64,000 bases of DNA, from assembly GCF_009914755.1 (NCBI RefSeq), contig NC_060935.1. One strand, 5' to 3'. Below are positions 40,455 through 52,360 of this stretch, one piece after another. Within the stretch, counting starts at the first letter, position 1; each line of letters starts with the position of its first letter. The notes beneath the pieces are model-generated. The model was not told the origin of the DNA, did not search any database, and saw nothing but the letters and a program-made list of their open reading frames with translations. A program made the translations under genes and the position numbers. Source of the stretch: the human T2T-CHM13v2.0 reference genome, Homo sapiens.

Positions 40455-41580
40455 CAAGACACCAAAAGCAACTGCAAAAAAAAAAATTGACAAATGGGAT
40501 CTAATTAAATTAAAGAGCTTCTGCACAGCAAAAGAAACTATCATCAGAGATAACAGACAACCTACAGAATAGAAGAAAATTTTTGCAATTTCTCCATCTG
40601 ACAAAAGTCTAATATCTGGAGTCTCTGAGGAACTAAAACAAATTTACAAGAAAAAAACAACCCCATTAAAAAGTGGGGAATGACATGAATAGACACTTCT
40701 CTAAAGAAGACATTCATGCTTCTAATAAACATATGAAAAAAAAAAGCTCAACCTTACTGGTCATTAGAAAAATGCAAATCAAAACCACAATGAGATACCA
40801 TCTCACACCAGTCAGAATGGCAATTATTAAAAAGTCAAGAAACAACAGTTGCTGGCAAGGTTGCAGAGAGAAAGGAATGGAATGCTTTTACACTGTTAAC
40901 GGGAGAGTAAATTAGTTCAAACATTGTGGAAGAGAGTGTAGCCTTTCCTCAAAGATGTAGAAGCAGAAATACCACTTGACTCAGCAATCTCATTACTGGG
41001 TATATACCCAAAGGAATATAAATCAATCTATTATAAAAATACAGGCATGCTTATGTTCATTGCAGCATTATTCATAATAGCCAAGACGTGGAATCAACCC
41101 AAATGTCCATCAATGATAGAGTGGATAAAGAAAACGTGGTACATATATACCATGGAATACTATACAGCCATAAAAAGGAAAAGGATTGTGTTCCTTGCAG
41201 GGACATGAATGGAGCTGGAAGCCATTATCCTCATCAAACTAACACAGGAACAGAAAACCAAACACACATGTTCTCACACAGAAATGGGAGCTGAACAGTG
41301 AGAACACATGGACACTTGTGGGGAACAACACACACAGGGGCCTGTCCGGTAGTGGGTGGGGAGGAGAGGGAGAGCACCAGGAAGAATAGCTAACGAATGC
41401 AGCAAACCTGCATGGCACACATTTACCTATGTAATAAACCTGCACATCCTGCACATGTGCCCTGGAACTTAAAATATATTATGTTGGTACAAAAGTAATT
41501 TCTGTGAACTGCAATTACCTTTGCACCTACCTAATAAGTTGAAGGAAAATAAAATCTATTATTTTTAAAAAAAAAAAAAA
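40455..41580 (+). mobile_element. L1PA 3' ~1.1 kb
   Basis: ORF2 C-terminal remnant ([22 protein letters not shown]), L1 3'UTR and poly(A). Confidence 0.92.
41479..41534. mobile_element. Internally deleted MADE1 (Hsmar1 MITE) inside the L1 3'UTR
   Basis: Imperfect terminal inverted repeats TTATGTTGGTACAAAAGTAATT / AATTACCTTTGCACCTACCTAA, flanked by TA. Confidence 0.8.
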
Positions 41581-42136
41581 GGAAAATCTACCCTGAAATA
41601 GAGTAGTTTTGAGATTATAGTAGAGTTCCATGACCTCAATTCACATGCTATAATTCATCTTTATATGGCCAAAACTAGATCTGCAATTGCACATTTTTCC
41701 TTCTGTAGGCTTTGGTTGAACTAGACTGGCCACTCGACTCTTCTAAAATGGTACTTTCAGTTCTTATGAATACAGGTTATGAATAACCATATTTTCCCCG
41801 ATTATTAGGGTATTTATCTACATATTTTATCTCCATATTCAATAGTATTCCACTTTCCTAGTATCTCTCAATAGATAGGTAAATTATAGATATATCTCCC
41901 TCGATAAAGCTTTACATCTACATATGAATACATTTATACATATATTTATGTATTTATCAATTGATCAATTGATGGATACATTCATTGTATTATTGTTCCA
42001 TGTAGCTTTTCACTTTAGATAATAATTAAAGCCTATCTAACACTGATACAAGAGATATTGGGTATAAAATAAGCTCCTTTCCAATTACTCAAAAGGCCCA
42101 GAAATCATGAAGATCACAAAATTCTGAAAAAAGGGC

Positions 42137-43066
42137 TCAAGCCATTCTGTGCCCAGAAAATAGGCGAACAATGCTTCTTTGGATCTGCTTGGTTTGATGC
42201 TGTATATAATAGGGTTCATGAATGGAGGAAAAAGAAATGAGTCATTAGCTCACGGTAATGTGCACCACATGTGGTGCATGTTTCCCAAACCTGTGAATGA
42301 AAGTCTCACTGATCACGGTGATGTGAAATACCAAGACACAGCTGATATGGGAGACACACATGTTGAGAGCTTTGGCTTGCTCTTTTCTGGAGGCAATACC
42401 TATAACTGTTTTAAGGATCAGGATATAAGAAAAGACAATGATCAGAGCGTCTAGGAAGAAAATCAAAGCAACCAGAATAGCTGGGTATAAGTGATTGAAT
42501 GTAATATCAGCACAGGCAAGTTTCAGGACATCTTGATGGAGAAAAAAGGTGTGGAAGAGAACATGGGAATGACAATATGGGAAGCAATGGAGTGGCAGAA
42601 TTGGAGGCACGAGGGATAAAAAGTCCCTCATAAATAGCCACAGTTCTATCTTCACCCAAGATTTAGTAGAAATAGAGTTATACCTGAGAAGCATGTGGAT
42701 GATAATGAAACGGTCATAGGCCATTGACAGGAGAATACCTGATTCTGCAAGTGGATAATGGGAGTGGATAATGTAAACCTGCAAGAAGCAGGCCCCATGG
42801 ATAACCTCTTTGTGATTCATCCACAAGACGCCCATTACAGTGGGCATCATGGTCAATTTCACCATGAGGTCTTGCCTCAGTGTGGCAAGGAAACAGTACA
42901 TGGGTTCGTGAAGACTGTGGTCATGCTTGATGAGGTAGAGGAGCTTGCCATTGCCAAGAAGGACGCACACATAAACAGCAAAGAAGGGGATGGAGATCGA
43001 GTGATAAGTTGCCTCCAGTACTGAAAAGCCAGGCAGCAAAAAAGGAGCCGCATTGTGTGTTCACAA
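42137..43066 (-). pseudogene. OR51B3P: Olfactory receptor pseudogene
   Basis: Paralogous ATG-TGG is changed to TTG-TGA (43066-43061). A 264-codon OR-like open frame ends at a premature TAA (42245), with frameshifts in TM7 and the C-tail; the ancestral TGA is at 42137-42139. Confidence 0.9.
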
Positions 43067-43789
43067 GTGGCAAGTAGCTTTATAGAAACTATTACACTGA
43101 AATCCCTGCCTTATCAGTTTTTACTACCTTCTTGTGAAACTGTATTTCTGCAGCCTCAATCCTAATATTCATATTTAGCAATAATTTATTGGTATATGCA
43201 TGAATGTGCAACAATTTTCTTATAGAAGAGCAATACATTTATAGACTGTGCTAGAGATAAGGAATGATGATCATTTCTTCAGTTATGAATAATTAAGTAG
43301 TTAAGCATTCTTAATCTAAAAAACACATTTTAAAAAATGCATCATGCCCCTCTGTGGTGTGCTTGCTGCACAATGTTTGAACCAATAGTAACAAAAAAGA
43401 AGGCAAATATATGCAATTAGATAATAATTGTACATAGTTAACCTGCTGCTTAGCTTAATTGCATATTTGGATACATTTAAACTTGATTTTTATTTTATGT
43501 TTCACAATCATGATATAGACATAGTGTTTTGTTAGAAAACTTTTCTTTGTTTAGTTTTGAAATAGAATGTTAATGTTTTATGGAATTCTAACAAAAGCCA
43601 TGAGCCCTCTGTGGAGAAAAATGGACAAAAGCAGGTGACGTCACATTTAGTCTAAAAATATTCACACGTTTTCCTGAAGCTAATCCATGAGCACCACATT
43701 TGAAACTTCAAGCCTGCCTTGAAACATGTGTTGAGATGAAAAAGTCTGTGCTTTAGGTGTTGGTCATCCCAGATGGAGTATGTTCTCCT

Positions 43790-44420
43790 ATGCAGACCTC
43801 TGAAAATCTTCCTATCTTCTCTTCGCTGCATCTAACATAAGAAGGAAGAGGAATCATTCCTTATTCCTGTTCCTGGCACTCACCTATGCTGTCATTTTCT
43901 TGCTGGAATAAGGACCCATTCCTGCTCTATTTGAAGACTCAGTTCAGACACTCACTTCTCAAAGACTATTCAAGAGGCCAAATTAGAGAGTTTATGTATG
44001 TGGAAATCACTTCCCCAGAGTTTCCTCTTTCCAAATACTCAGAAGAACCCTTGATCTCCCCTCCCTCCTCTGTCTGGGAGAAGCAGGGACGCTCAACCAA
44101 TGTCCTCGGAACTTTCAGGTATTTCTCCAAGGATGGGTGAGAAAAGCTGCATACTCCAATGCCACCTCTACATTGGGATGCCAGGACTTAATTATGTGAC
44201 CCTTCAGGACCCTAAGCATCAGTACACAGTATATCCATGTGTGTACTTTGCATTGTCTGTCTCAATACAATGCAAAGTATTGAGAGATACTAGTTGAATG
44301 CAGGGTCACATGTGTCTTTGTCCTGGAGTTTATGCATTTCAATTGCATTGTTGTCTTTTCTGATACTTTGGGAAAATCAGTTCTGATCCACAGGAACCTC
44401 AATGGATCTATTAATAGCCA
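43790..44420 (-). promoter_or_regulatory. Putative promoter/non-coding first exon of OR51B3P
   Basis: Paralogous to 55730-56335; donor GTGAGT (43878-43883) and O/E-like TCCCCAGAG (44012-44020) are conserved. Confidence 0.45.
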
Positions 44421-45489
44421 AGTAAATGAAGGGCCTATTATATTTTGTCTTAAAATAACTTTGTTTATATAAAAATCACTGCCCATTTCATACCAGGTTC
44501 AGGATAGACTTGTTTTTATTTATTTGTTTTTTCTTTTAAATTTTCAACATTTACTTTAGATACAGTGGGTACTTGTGCAGGTTTTTTACATGGATATATT
44601 GCATGCAGTGGTGAGCATACTATCCAATAGATTTTTTAACCCTCTCCCGCATCTCTCCCTGCCCCTTGTAGTAGTTTCAAGTGGCTATTGTTCCCATGTT
44701 TATATCCACGTGTACTCAATGTTTAGCTTCCACTTATAAATGAGAATATATGGTATTTGCTTTTGTGTTCTTGCGTTAATTTGCTTAGGATTATAGCCTC
44801 CAGCTCCACCCATGTTGCTCAAAAGGACATGATTTCATTTGTTCTTATTGCCACATAGTGGTGGTGTATATGTACCACAGTTTCTTTATCCCGTCCGCCT
44901 TTGATAGACACCTAGGCCAGTTATTTGTATTTGCTATTCTAAACAGCATTACAATGAACATGCAAGTGCATGTGTCTAGTTGGTCTAATGCTCTGTTTTC
45001 CTATGGATATATACCCAGTAGCGGGATTGCTGTGTCAAATTGTAGCTCTGCTTAAAGTTCTTTGAAGACTCTCCAAACTGTTTTCTGCAGTGGTTGAACT
45101 AATTTACATCCCCATCATCATTGTATAAGTGTTCCCTTTTCTCCATAGCCTCATGAGAATCTGTTTTTTGGCTTTTTAAAAATAGCTATTCTGACTGGTA
45201 TGAGATAGTATCTCTTGTGGTTTTGATTTGCATTTCTCTCATTAGTGATGATGATCATTTTTGTATATATTTGTTGGCTGCCTGTATGTCTTCTCTTGAG
45301 AAGAGTCTGTTCGTGGATTTTGCCCATTTTTAAATGGAATTGTTTGCTTTTTGCTTGCTGATATGTTCGAATTCCTTATAGATTCTGAATATTAGACCTT
45401 TTCCAGATGCACAGTTTGTGAATAGTTTCTCCTATCCTGTAGATTGTCGGTTTACTCTGTTGATAGTTTCTTTTGCTGCACAGAAGCTC

Positions 45490-45940
45490 TTTTTATTATT
45501 ATTATTATACTTTAAGTTCTAGGGTACATGTGCGCAACGTGCAGGTTTGTTACATATGTATACATGTGCCATGTTGGTGTGCTGCACCCATTAACTCATC
45601 ATTTACATTAGGTATATCTCCTAATGCTATCCCTCTCCACCCCCCACCCCCACCCCACAACAGGCCCTGGTGTGTGATGTTCCCCTTCCTCTGTCCAAGT
45701 GTTCTCATTGTTCAATTCCCACCTATAAGTGAGAACATGTGGTATTTGGTTTTTTGTCCTTGTGATAGTTTGCTGAGAATGATGGTTTCCAGCTTCATCC
45801 ATGTCCCTACAAAGGACATGAACTCATCATTTTTTATGGCTGCATAGTATTCCATGGTGTATATGTGCCACATTTTCTTAATCCATTCTATCATTGTTGG
45901 ACATTTGGGTTGGTTCCAAGTCTTTGTTATTGTGAATAGT
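45490..45940 (-). mobile_element. Younger L1PA 3' fragment nested in older L1
   Basis: Second L1 3' end (TTATACTTTAAGTTCTAGGGTACATGTGCGCAACGTGCAGG) with TSD GAAGCTCTTT at ~45483 and 45941. Confidence 0.9.
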
Positions 45941-46324
45941 GAAGCTCTTTAGTTTAATTAGGTTCCACTTGTGAATTTTTCTTTGCATTGCAATTGCTTT
46001 TGGGGGCTTAGCCAAAAATGCATTGCCAGTGCAGGTAAGATTTGAGATCTTACATTTAAGTTTTGAATTCATTTTCAGTTGATTTCTCTAAATGGTGTAA
46101 GGTAAGGGTCTAGTTTCATTCTTCTGCATATGGCTAGCCACGTATTCCAGCACAGTTTATTGGATAGGTAGTCCTTTTCCCGCTGCTTGTTTTTGTCAGT
46201 GTTGTTGAAGATCAGATGGTTGTAACTATGTAGCTTTATTTTTGAGTTTTCTATTGTGTTTCCTTAGTCAATGTGTCTATTTTTGTAACAATATCATGCT
46301 GTTTGGGGTACTGTGGCCTTATAA

Positions 46325-46659
<335 letters not shown>

Positions 46660-49600
46660 GTAGTTTCAAGTCAGGTGGTGTGGTGCTTCCAATTTTGTTC
46701 TTTCTGCTTAAGATTGCTTTGCCTGTTCAGGCTCTTTTTGGTTCCATATGAATTTTAAACTAGTTTTTCTAATACTGTGAAGAATGACATTGGTAATTGG
46801 ATAGAAATTGCAATGAATGTCTAAATTGCTTTGAGCAGTATGGCCATTTAAATTCATATTGATTCTTCCAATCCATGAGCCTGGAAAGCTTTTATTTATT
46901 TATTTGTGTTGTTTCTGATTTCTTTCAGCAGTGTTTTGTAGTTCTCCTTGTAGAGATCTTTCACCTCCCACAAACCATATGATCATCTCAATAGACTGAG
47001 AAAAACCTTTCAATAAAATTCAACATCCCTTCATGATAAAAACCTCCAACAGACTAGGCATCAAAGGAACATACCTCAAAAGAATAAAAGCCACGTATGA
47101 AAAACCCATAACCAAAACCATACTGAATGGGCAAAAGCTGGAACTATTCTCCTCGAAAACTGCAACAAGACAAGGATTCCCATTCTCACCACTCCTAGTG
47201 AACATAAAATTGGAAGTCCTAACCAGGGCAATCAGGCGAGAGAAAGAAAGAAATGGCATCAAAATAGGACAATAAGCCAAACTATCTCTCTTTGCTGATG
47301 ATATGACTCTATACTTAGAAAATCCTACAGATTCTTCCAAAAGGCTGCTAGAACTGATAAACAATTTTAGCAAGGTTTCAGGATACAAAATCACATACAA
47401 AAATCAGTAGCATTTCCATACACCAATAAGGCCCAGGCTGAGAGTCAAATCGAGAACACAATCCCATTAAGAACAGCCACAAAGAAAATGAAATACCTAG
47501 GACTTGTTCTTTTTATTGAAATTTAAAACCCAAGCAGGCACTAGAAAGAAAATATTTACCATGAATTCATACAACACTATCATTACTACGTGAATATTAG
47601 TGTGCTATGAGAGACACATCAAATAAATTTCTGGGATCAGGGAACGTTTTCCAGAAGAAATGCTACTTAAGCTGAGAATTAAATGCTACTATATTAGTAG
47701 TGTAGTAGTATTTGGTGGGGTAGTGCAATCATTGCGTACAGGTGAAAAGAACAAACACAAAACGAAACAAGTAAACAAATTAAAGTTTGTAAAATGTACA
47801 TTGGTAATGGGGCAAGATTAAATGCTATAAATTCAAATAAAAATAATTTTATTCAAAATATACATTAAGGAAGTATAATATCTCTTGAACAACAATACAT
47901 GAAAAAAAGCTTGAGAGAAAATGAATCTGTAGTAGTAGCAGGTTCTGATCACAATATATCTTGCAAATCATGTAAAACATTTTGACATTACCATAAGGGA
48001 ATGAATATAAAACAAGAGGTATGATGAGTACTTATAATCAAGTAGTTATTGTTTAAAGTTACTATGGCTACAGTATGAGAAACATGTTGGAAAAGGGGGA
48101 GAACAGGTAAAAGAAGTATCAGGATATGACAATACACGTGTCAAATTGTGTTGGTGTGGTTTTGACTAGTTGTTATCAGTAGCATTAGAAAGGCTTGAAT
48201 AGAAGAGAGATTCTATGACTTAGAATAGAACTGAGTGATTGAAGGTAGTAGATTAAAGAGAAAGAAGCGTAAGTAATGCCACCTGAATTTCTGAGTTTTG
48301 CTGAATGGAGAGTAGTTCCATTGACTTCCATAGTTATCACAAGAAGATAATGACTTTATTCACTAATCAACAGTTATTTATTGATTGGTCATTGTACATT
48401 AATGAGTGTTTTACATGCTGACTTTGTAGAAAAGATGAAGAGAATCAGTTTCAATGAAGTGCTTTGCACAAAGGATACCCTGGAGAAAATTACTCATATC
48501 ATTTTCTTTTCTAACAGTTTCATTAACATATAGGTAAAGACAGGATATCATAATTGACATAGCACAGTGTCATTAATAGGTTAATCAGGTCATGTGGTAA
48601 AGTGGGAAGGCTGAATAAGGATATTATTTTGTTTTTAGAGAATTTAAAGGAAGCTGTCCTCCTTATTAAAAATATGACAGAAGAGTGATAGCTGGTTTGG
48701 TTTAATGAAGTATTGGCTTGTGCCCTCAGAAGGGACTGTGTATCTCTTATCATGAAAGTTGATATTTCAGAGCACTAATAACTTAGTTTCCTTCTATGTA
48801 AAAGATGAAAAGTCTCAATGAAATAAAATGCTAGTGGATTCAGATCACCCTCTTAGAATCAATTTGAAAAATATTTTCTTTAAACAACCATGAAGGCACC
48901 AAGAACAGAGAATTCAACGTCTAAACCAGTTTAAGGACAACGTCATTAATAATAAACATATTTCCCAATAATTTGGGCTTCTTTCATCTTGGAAACAACA
49001 CTGCTTATCCAAAGTAAGCACCTCCTTATACCTATTCAGTGAGGCTGCAATATTGCCATATCCTCAACCCACCATATACACAAAAGGCATGCCAGTGATG
49101 CTGCTCTATCATGGTTTGAAACTTCCTTATTTCTCACACATGTGGCAGGTAATTAAACTATGGCTTGAAGTCCTGGCCTTGGCCAGTTAAACTAAGAGTC
49201 CTTCCATCAAATGTATCACTGTAAAACAGATAGCCTATCCTCAAAATTTAGATATCAGATGGGGATATAATATCGCAGTAACTTGTGATTACCACAGCAA
49301 CTTGTGATGTCCCACAGCTTCTGTTCTACAAAGATGGCAAACAAAGGCAGGCTTTCCTCAGCTACAAGAGGTTCTGCATCAAGATAGCAAATCAAGATGG
49401 GAATTATCCGAAATGAGATTTTTCCATTAAGATGCCTAGATGTATTATAGACCTCGTGGTCACATAATAAGGAACAGAGAAAGTCTTTGGTAGATAACTG
49501 ACTTTTAGGATTTGAGTTTATATTCAGCATCAATAACTTGAACATTATACTCTGAGATAGGTTTTCCCCTTTTGAAATTTGTGGATGAAAATCCTGTTTC

Positions 49601-50723
49601 ACAATTAAATCAGTCTAAAAGAAGCTTTTAGTACACAGTCACACAAAAACTCCTCCCACCACAATTTTTTGGTCATTGGATGAATTGAAATCCATTTCTC
49701 TCAACATTGTTGGTCTTCCTAATATAGAGAGTTTACAGTAGATGTCAGAGAAAGTATTTATGGCAAAAGAATCACCATTTCTAATTTTTCCCTCTGAACA
49801 TATATAAAGTATATATAACTTGTGAAGTAATGATGTCTCATATTTTTCATTCTAGAATGGCTATATTTTCTATTTTTGAATAGAGCCTTGACCCTTCCTA
49901 TTATTAGGCCAAGGGAAAAGTATGTTAAAATCATCTGAAGAGCAAACATACTCTTAAAAACTCACTTTTTACTTTTTTACGAGCTGACAAGAAGCTTGTC
50001 TAGGTTTTTCCTTCTAAGATTTCTTTGGGCAAAAGAATATTTATAGAAGAATGAGGTAAAGAAATACACTTTTATAAAATCCAGACATCCTGCAAGGAAT
50101 GTATTGAAAATTAAAAAGCTCTTATTGAAATACTCTGTAAGTGACTTACGACTGTATTTAGAAAATATTAAATGCAAATCATGGCCCTAGAGAGTACCCT
50201 AACTCAGGGTAGAGGACAGTTAAAAGATAACCAACACTTACTTATTTAAAAGTAAATTTAAAATGTTAGTTTCTTATCACTATATTTGCCATGAGAGTAA
50301 TGAAAATTTTAAATAAGAATTTATTTCTAGAGAATGATGATCAACTTTTTTTTTTACACTTGTGTGCATTAGCCTATGCAAACACATAAACATGTATGCA
50401 CAAATGTGCACACTGAGGCAAAAGTTTTTCATAGAGATTATATGTTCTGCCTTTTCCTCAAATTTCACTGAGGTGGCTAATTTCAGGTGCATTTGAAAGA
50501 ATTTAAATATAGACTTTTTCAGTTCCATATGGTCTATTCAGTGTTCTGTCACCAGACATCTCCTAAGATATGCCCCCAACCCTATGGTAAAGTACTTAAG
50601 TCCTTGTGAGTGACAACATTGTCTTCCAGTATATCCTTGCTCTTTGCTAAGAAAGAACTCCAGGCTTTCATTTTTCATTCTGGCTTTATTTTTATATCTG
50701 TGTCTGATTCTCCAGATCCGAGT

Positions 50724-51662
50724 TTACCTACTAAACCTATGTTTAGATAAAAGGCGGATAATGCCATATTGTATTTGCTTGGTTTTGATGCTGTAGATGA
50801 CAGGGTTCATTAAAGGAGGAAAGAGGAAGTAGATGTAACTCATGATAATGTGGACAACCTCTGGCACATTCTTCCCAAATCTGTAAATGAATGTCAAACC
50901 CATCACCGTAACATAGAAGATAAGAACACAACTAATGTGGGAGATACAGGTATTGAGGGCTTTGGCTCTCTCTTCACCAGAGGCAATGCCTATGACAGTA
51001 TTAAGAATTAGAATATAGGAGAAGAGGATGATCAGAGAGTCTAGGAAGATTGTTAAAGAGATCAAAATTACAGGGTAAAGTCTATTGAAAGTTATGTCAG
51101 CACAAGCCAGTCTCATGATTTCTTGGTGGAGGCAGAAAGCACGTGTGATAACATGAGATTTGCAATATGAAAATGAAAAAAGACGCAAAATTACAGGCAG
51201 GATGGATACAAAACCCCTTAGAAACACTCCCACTCCTAACGCTATGACTCTAGTATTGGTGAAAATGGAAGCATATCTCAAAGGATTGCGGATGGCAATG
51301 AAACGATCATATGCCATTGCCAGGAGGGAACCTGATTCCACAACAGAAAGGGAGTGAATAAAGTAAGCCTGTAGGAAGCAGCCCACACTGCTAATCTCCC
51401 TGTGATTCACCCATAGGATGCCCATTACAGTAGGCATCGTGGTCAATGTCACCATGAGGTCTGTGCCTGCCAGCATGGTGAGGAAGTAGTACATGGGCTC
51501 ATGAAGACTGTGGTCATGCTTGATGAGGTAGAGGAGCATGCCATTGCCCAGAAGGATGCACACATAAACAGCAAAGAAGGGGATGGAGATCCAGTGATGA
51601 GCTGCCTCCAGCCCTGGAAAACCAGTCAGCAAAAAAGGGGCTGCAGTAATATTGGGCCACAT
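50724..51662 (-). CDS. OR51B2: Olfactory receptor 51B2 (class I, 312 aa)
   Basis: Intact ORF from ATG 51662 ([10 protein letters not shown]); motifs [43 protein letters not shown]. The ORF-track start at 51719 is a TTG and is not the real start. Confidence 0.95.
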
Positions 51663-52261
51663 AGTGTATCCACCGGTAAAGATCAGATTTCTTGAAACCT
51701 TGAAACCAGGAGCCTCCAATCTTCCTGCTTGGAGATGATTAACTGGTGTGATAAATTTGACTCTGCAACTATTTTCCTGAAGAAGAATAGCATGTACAGA
51801 CTATGGTTTTTTCCCTAATTAGAAAAAATACTGAGTTAATGGTTCGATTTTTCTCAAATTCAAAATTTTTTCATTAATTTTAAATATATTATCCGCAACT
51901 ATTTTGAGGGTACTTATAAATATTTGCAACAACAGTGATAACAAAAACACATAACATAAATATACATAAATGGATAATAATCTGGCTTAGTTGTTTTCTT
52001 GCTGTGATTACTGACCATTTGGAAATGATTGTTGTAATTTTACATTTCACGATTATGATGAAGACAGTTTTTTCAGTTAATGCAGTTTTTCTTATTTTTT
52101 TTGGAAATTGAATGTCAGTGTTTTATGCACTATAGCGTGCATCACCATCACTACCAATGAACGGCTTTGTCACTCTAACAGTTACTTGAGCTTGGCCACC
52201 AGAGTTGTGGATCACAGACTAGACGCAGCTAACAAGCAGCGGGCTTGTTAGGCATGCAGCC

Positions 52262-52360
52262 TCAGATTCTGCCCCTTCCAACATTCTGAATCAAATTCGC
52301 TTTTTTCAGGTCCTCAGGTGATTCCAGTGCAAAACAATGTCTGGGCATCACTGCTATAAG
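52262..52360. mobile_element. MER5-like hAT fragment
   Basis: CTGAATCAAATTCGC...CCTCAGGTGATTCCAGTGCA...ATCACTGCTATA. Confidence 0.55.

Noticed and set aside
42179-43024. Plus-strand ORFs antisense to OR genes (also 51160-51695)
   Set aside because: Shadow ORFs of OR coding sequence.
42245-43039. OR51B3P as an intact 264-aa receptor
   Set aside because: No ATG at the paralogous start, an in-frame TGA just after it, and a premature stop before the TM7 NPxxY motif.
51663-51719. 19-aa N-terminal extension of OR51B2
   Set aside because: It starts at TTG; paralog alignment and the N-glycosylation site (NIT) support ATG 51662.
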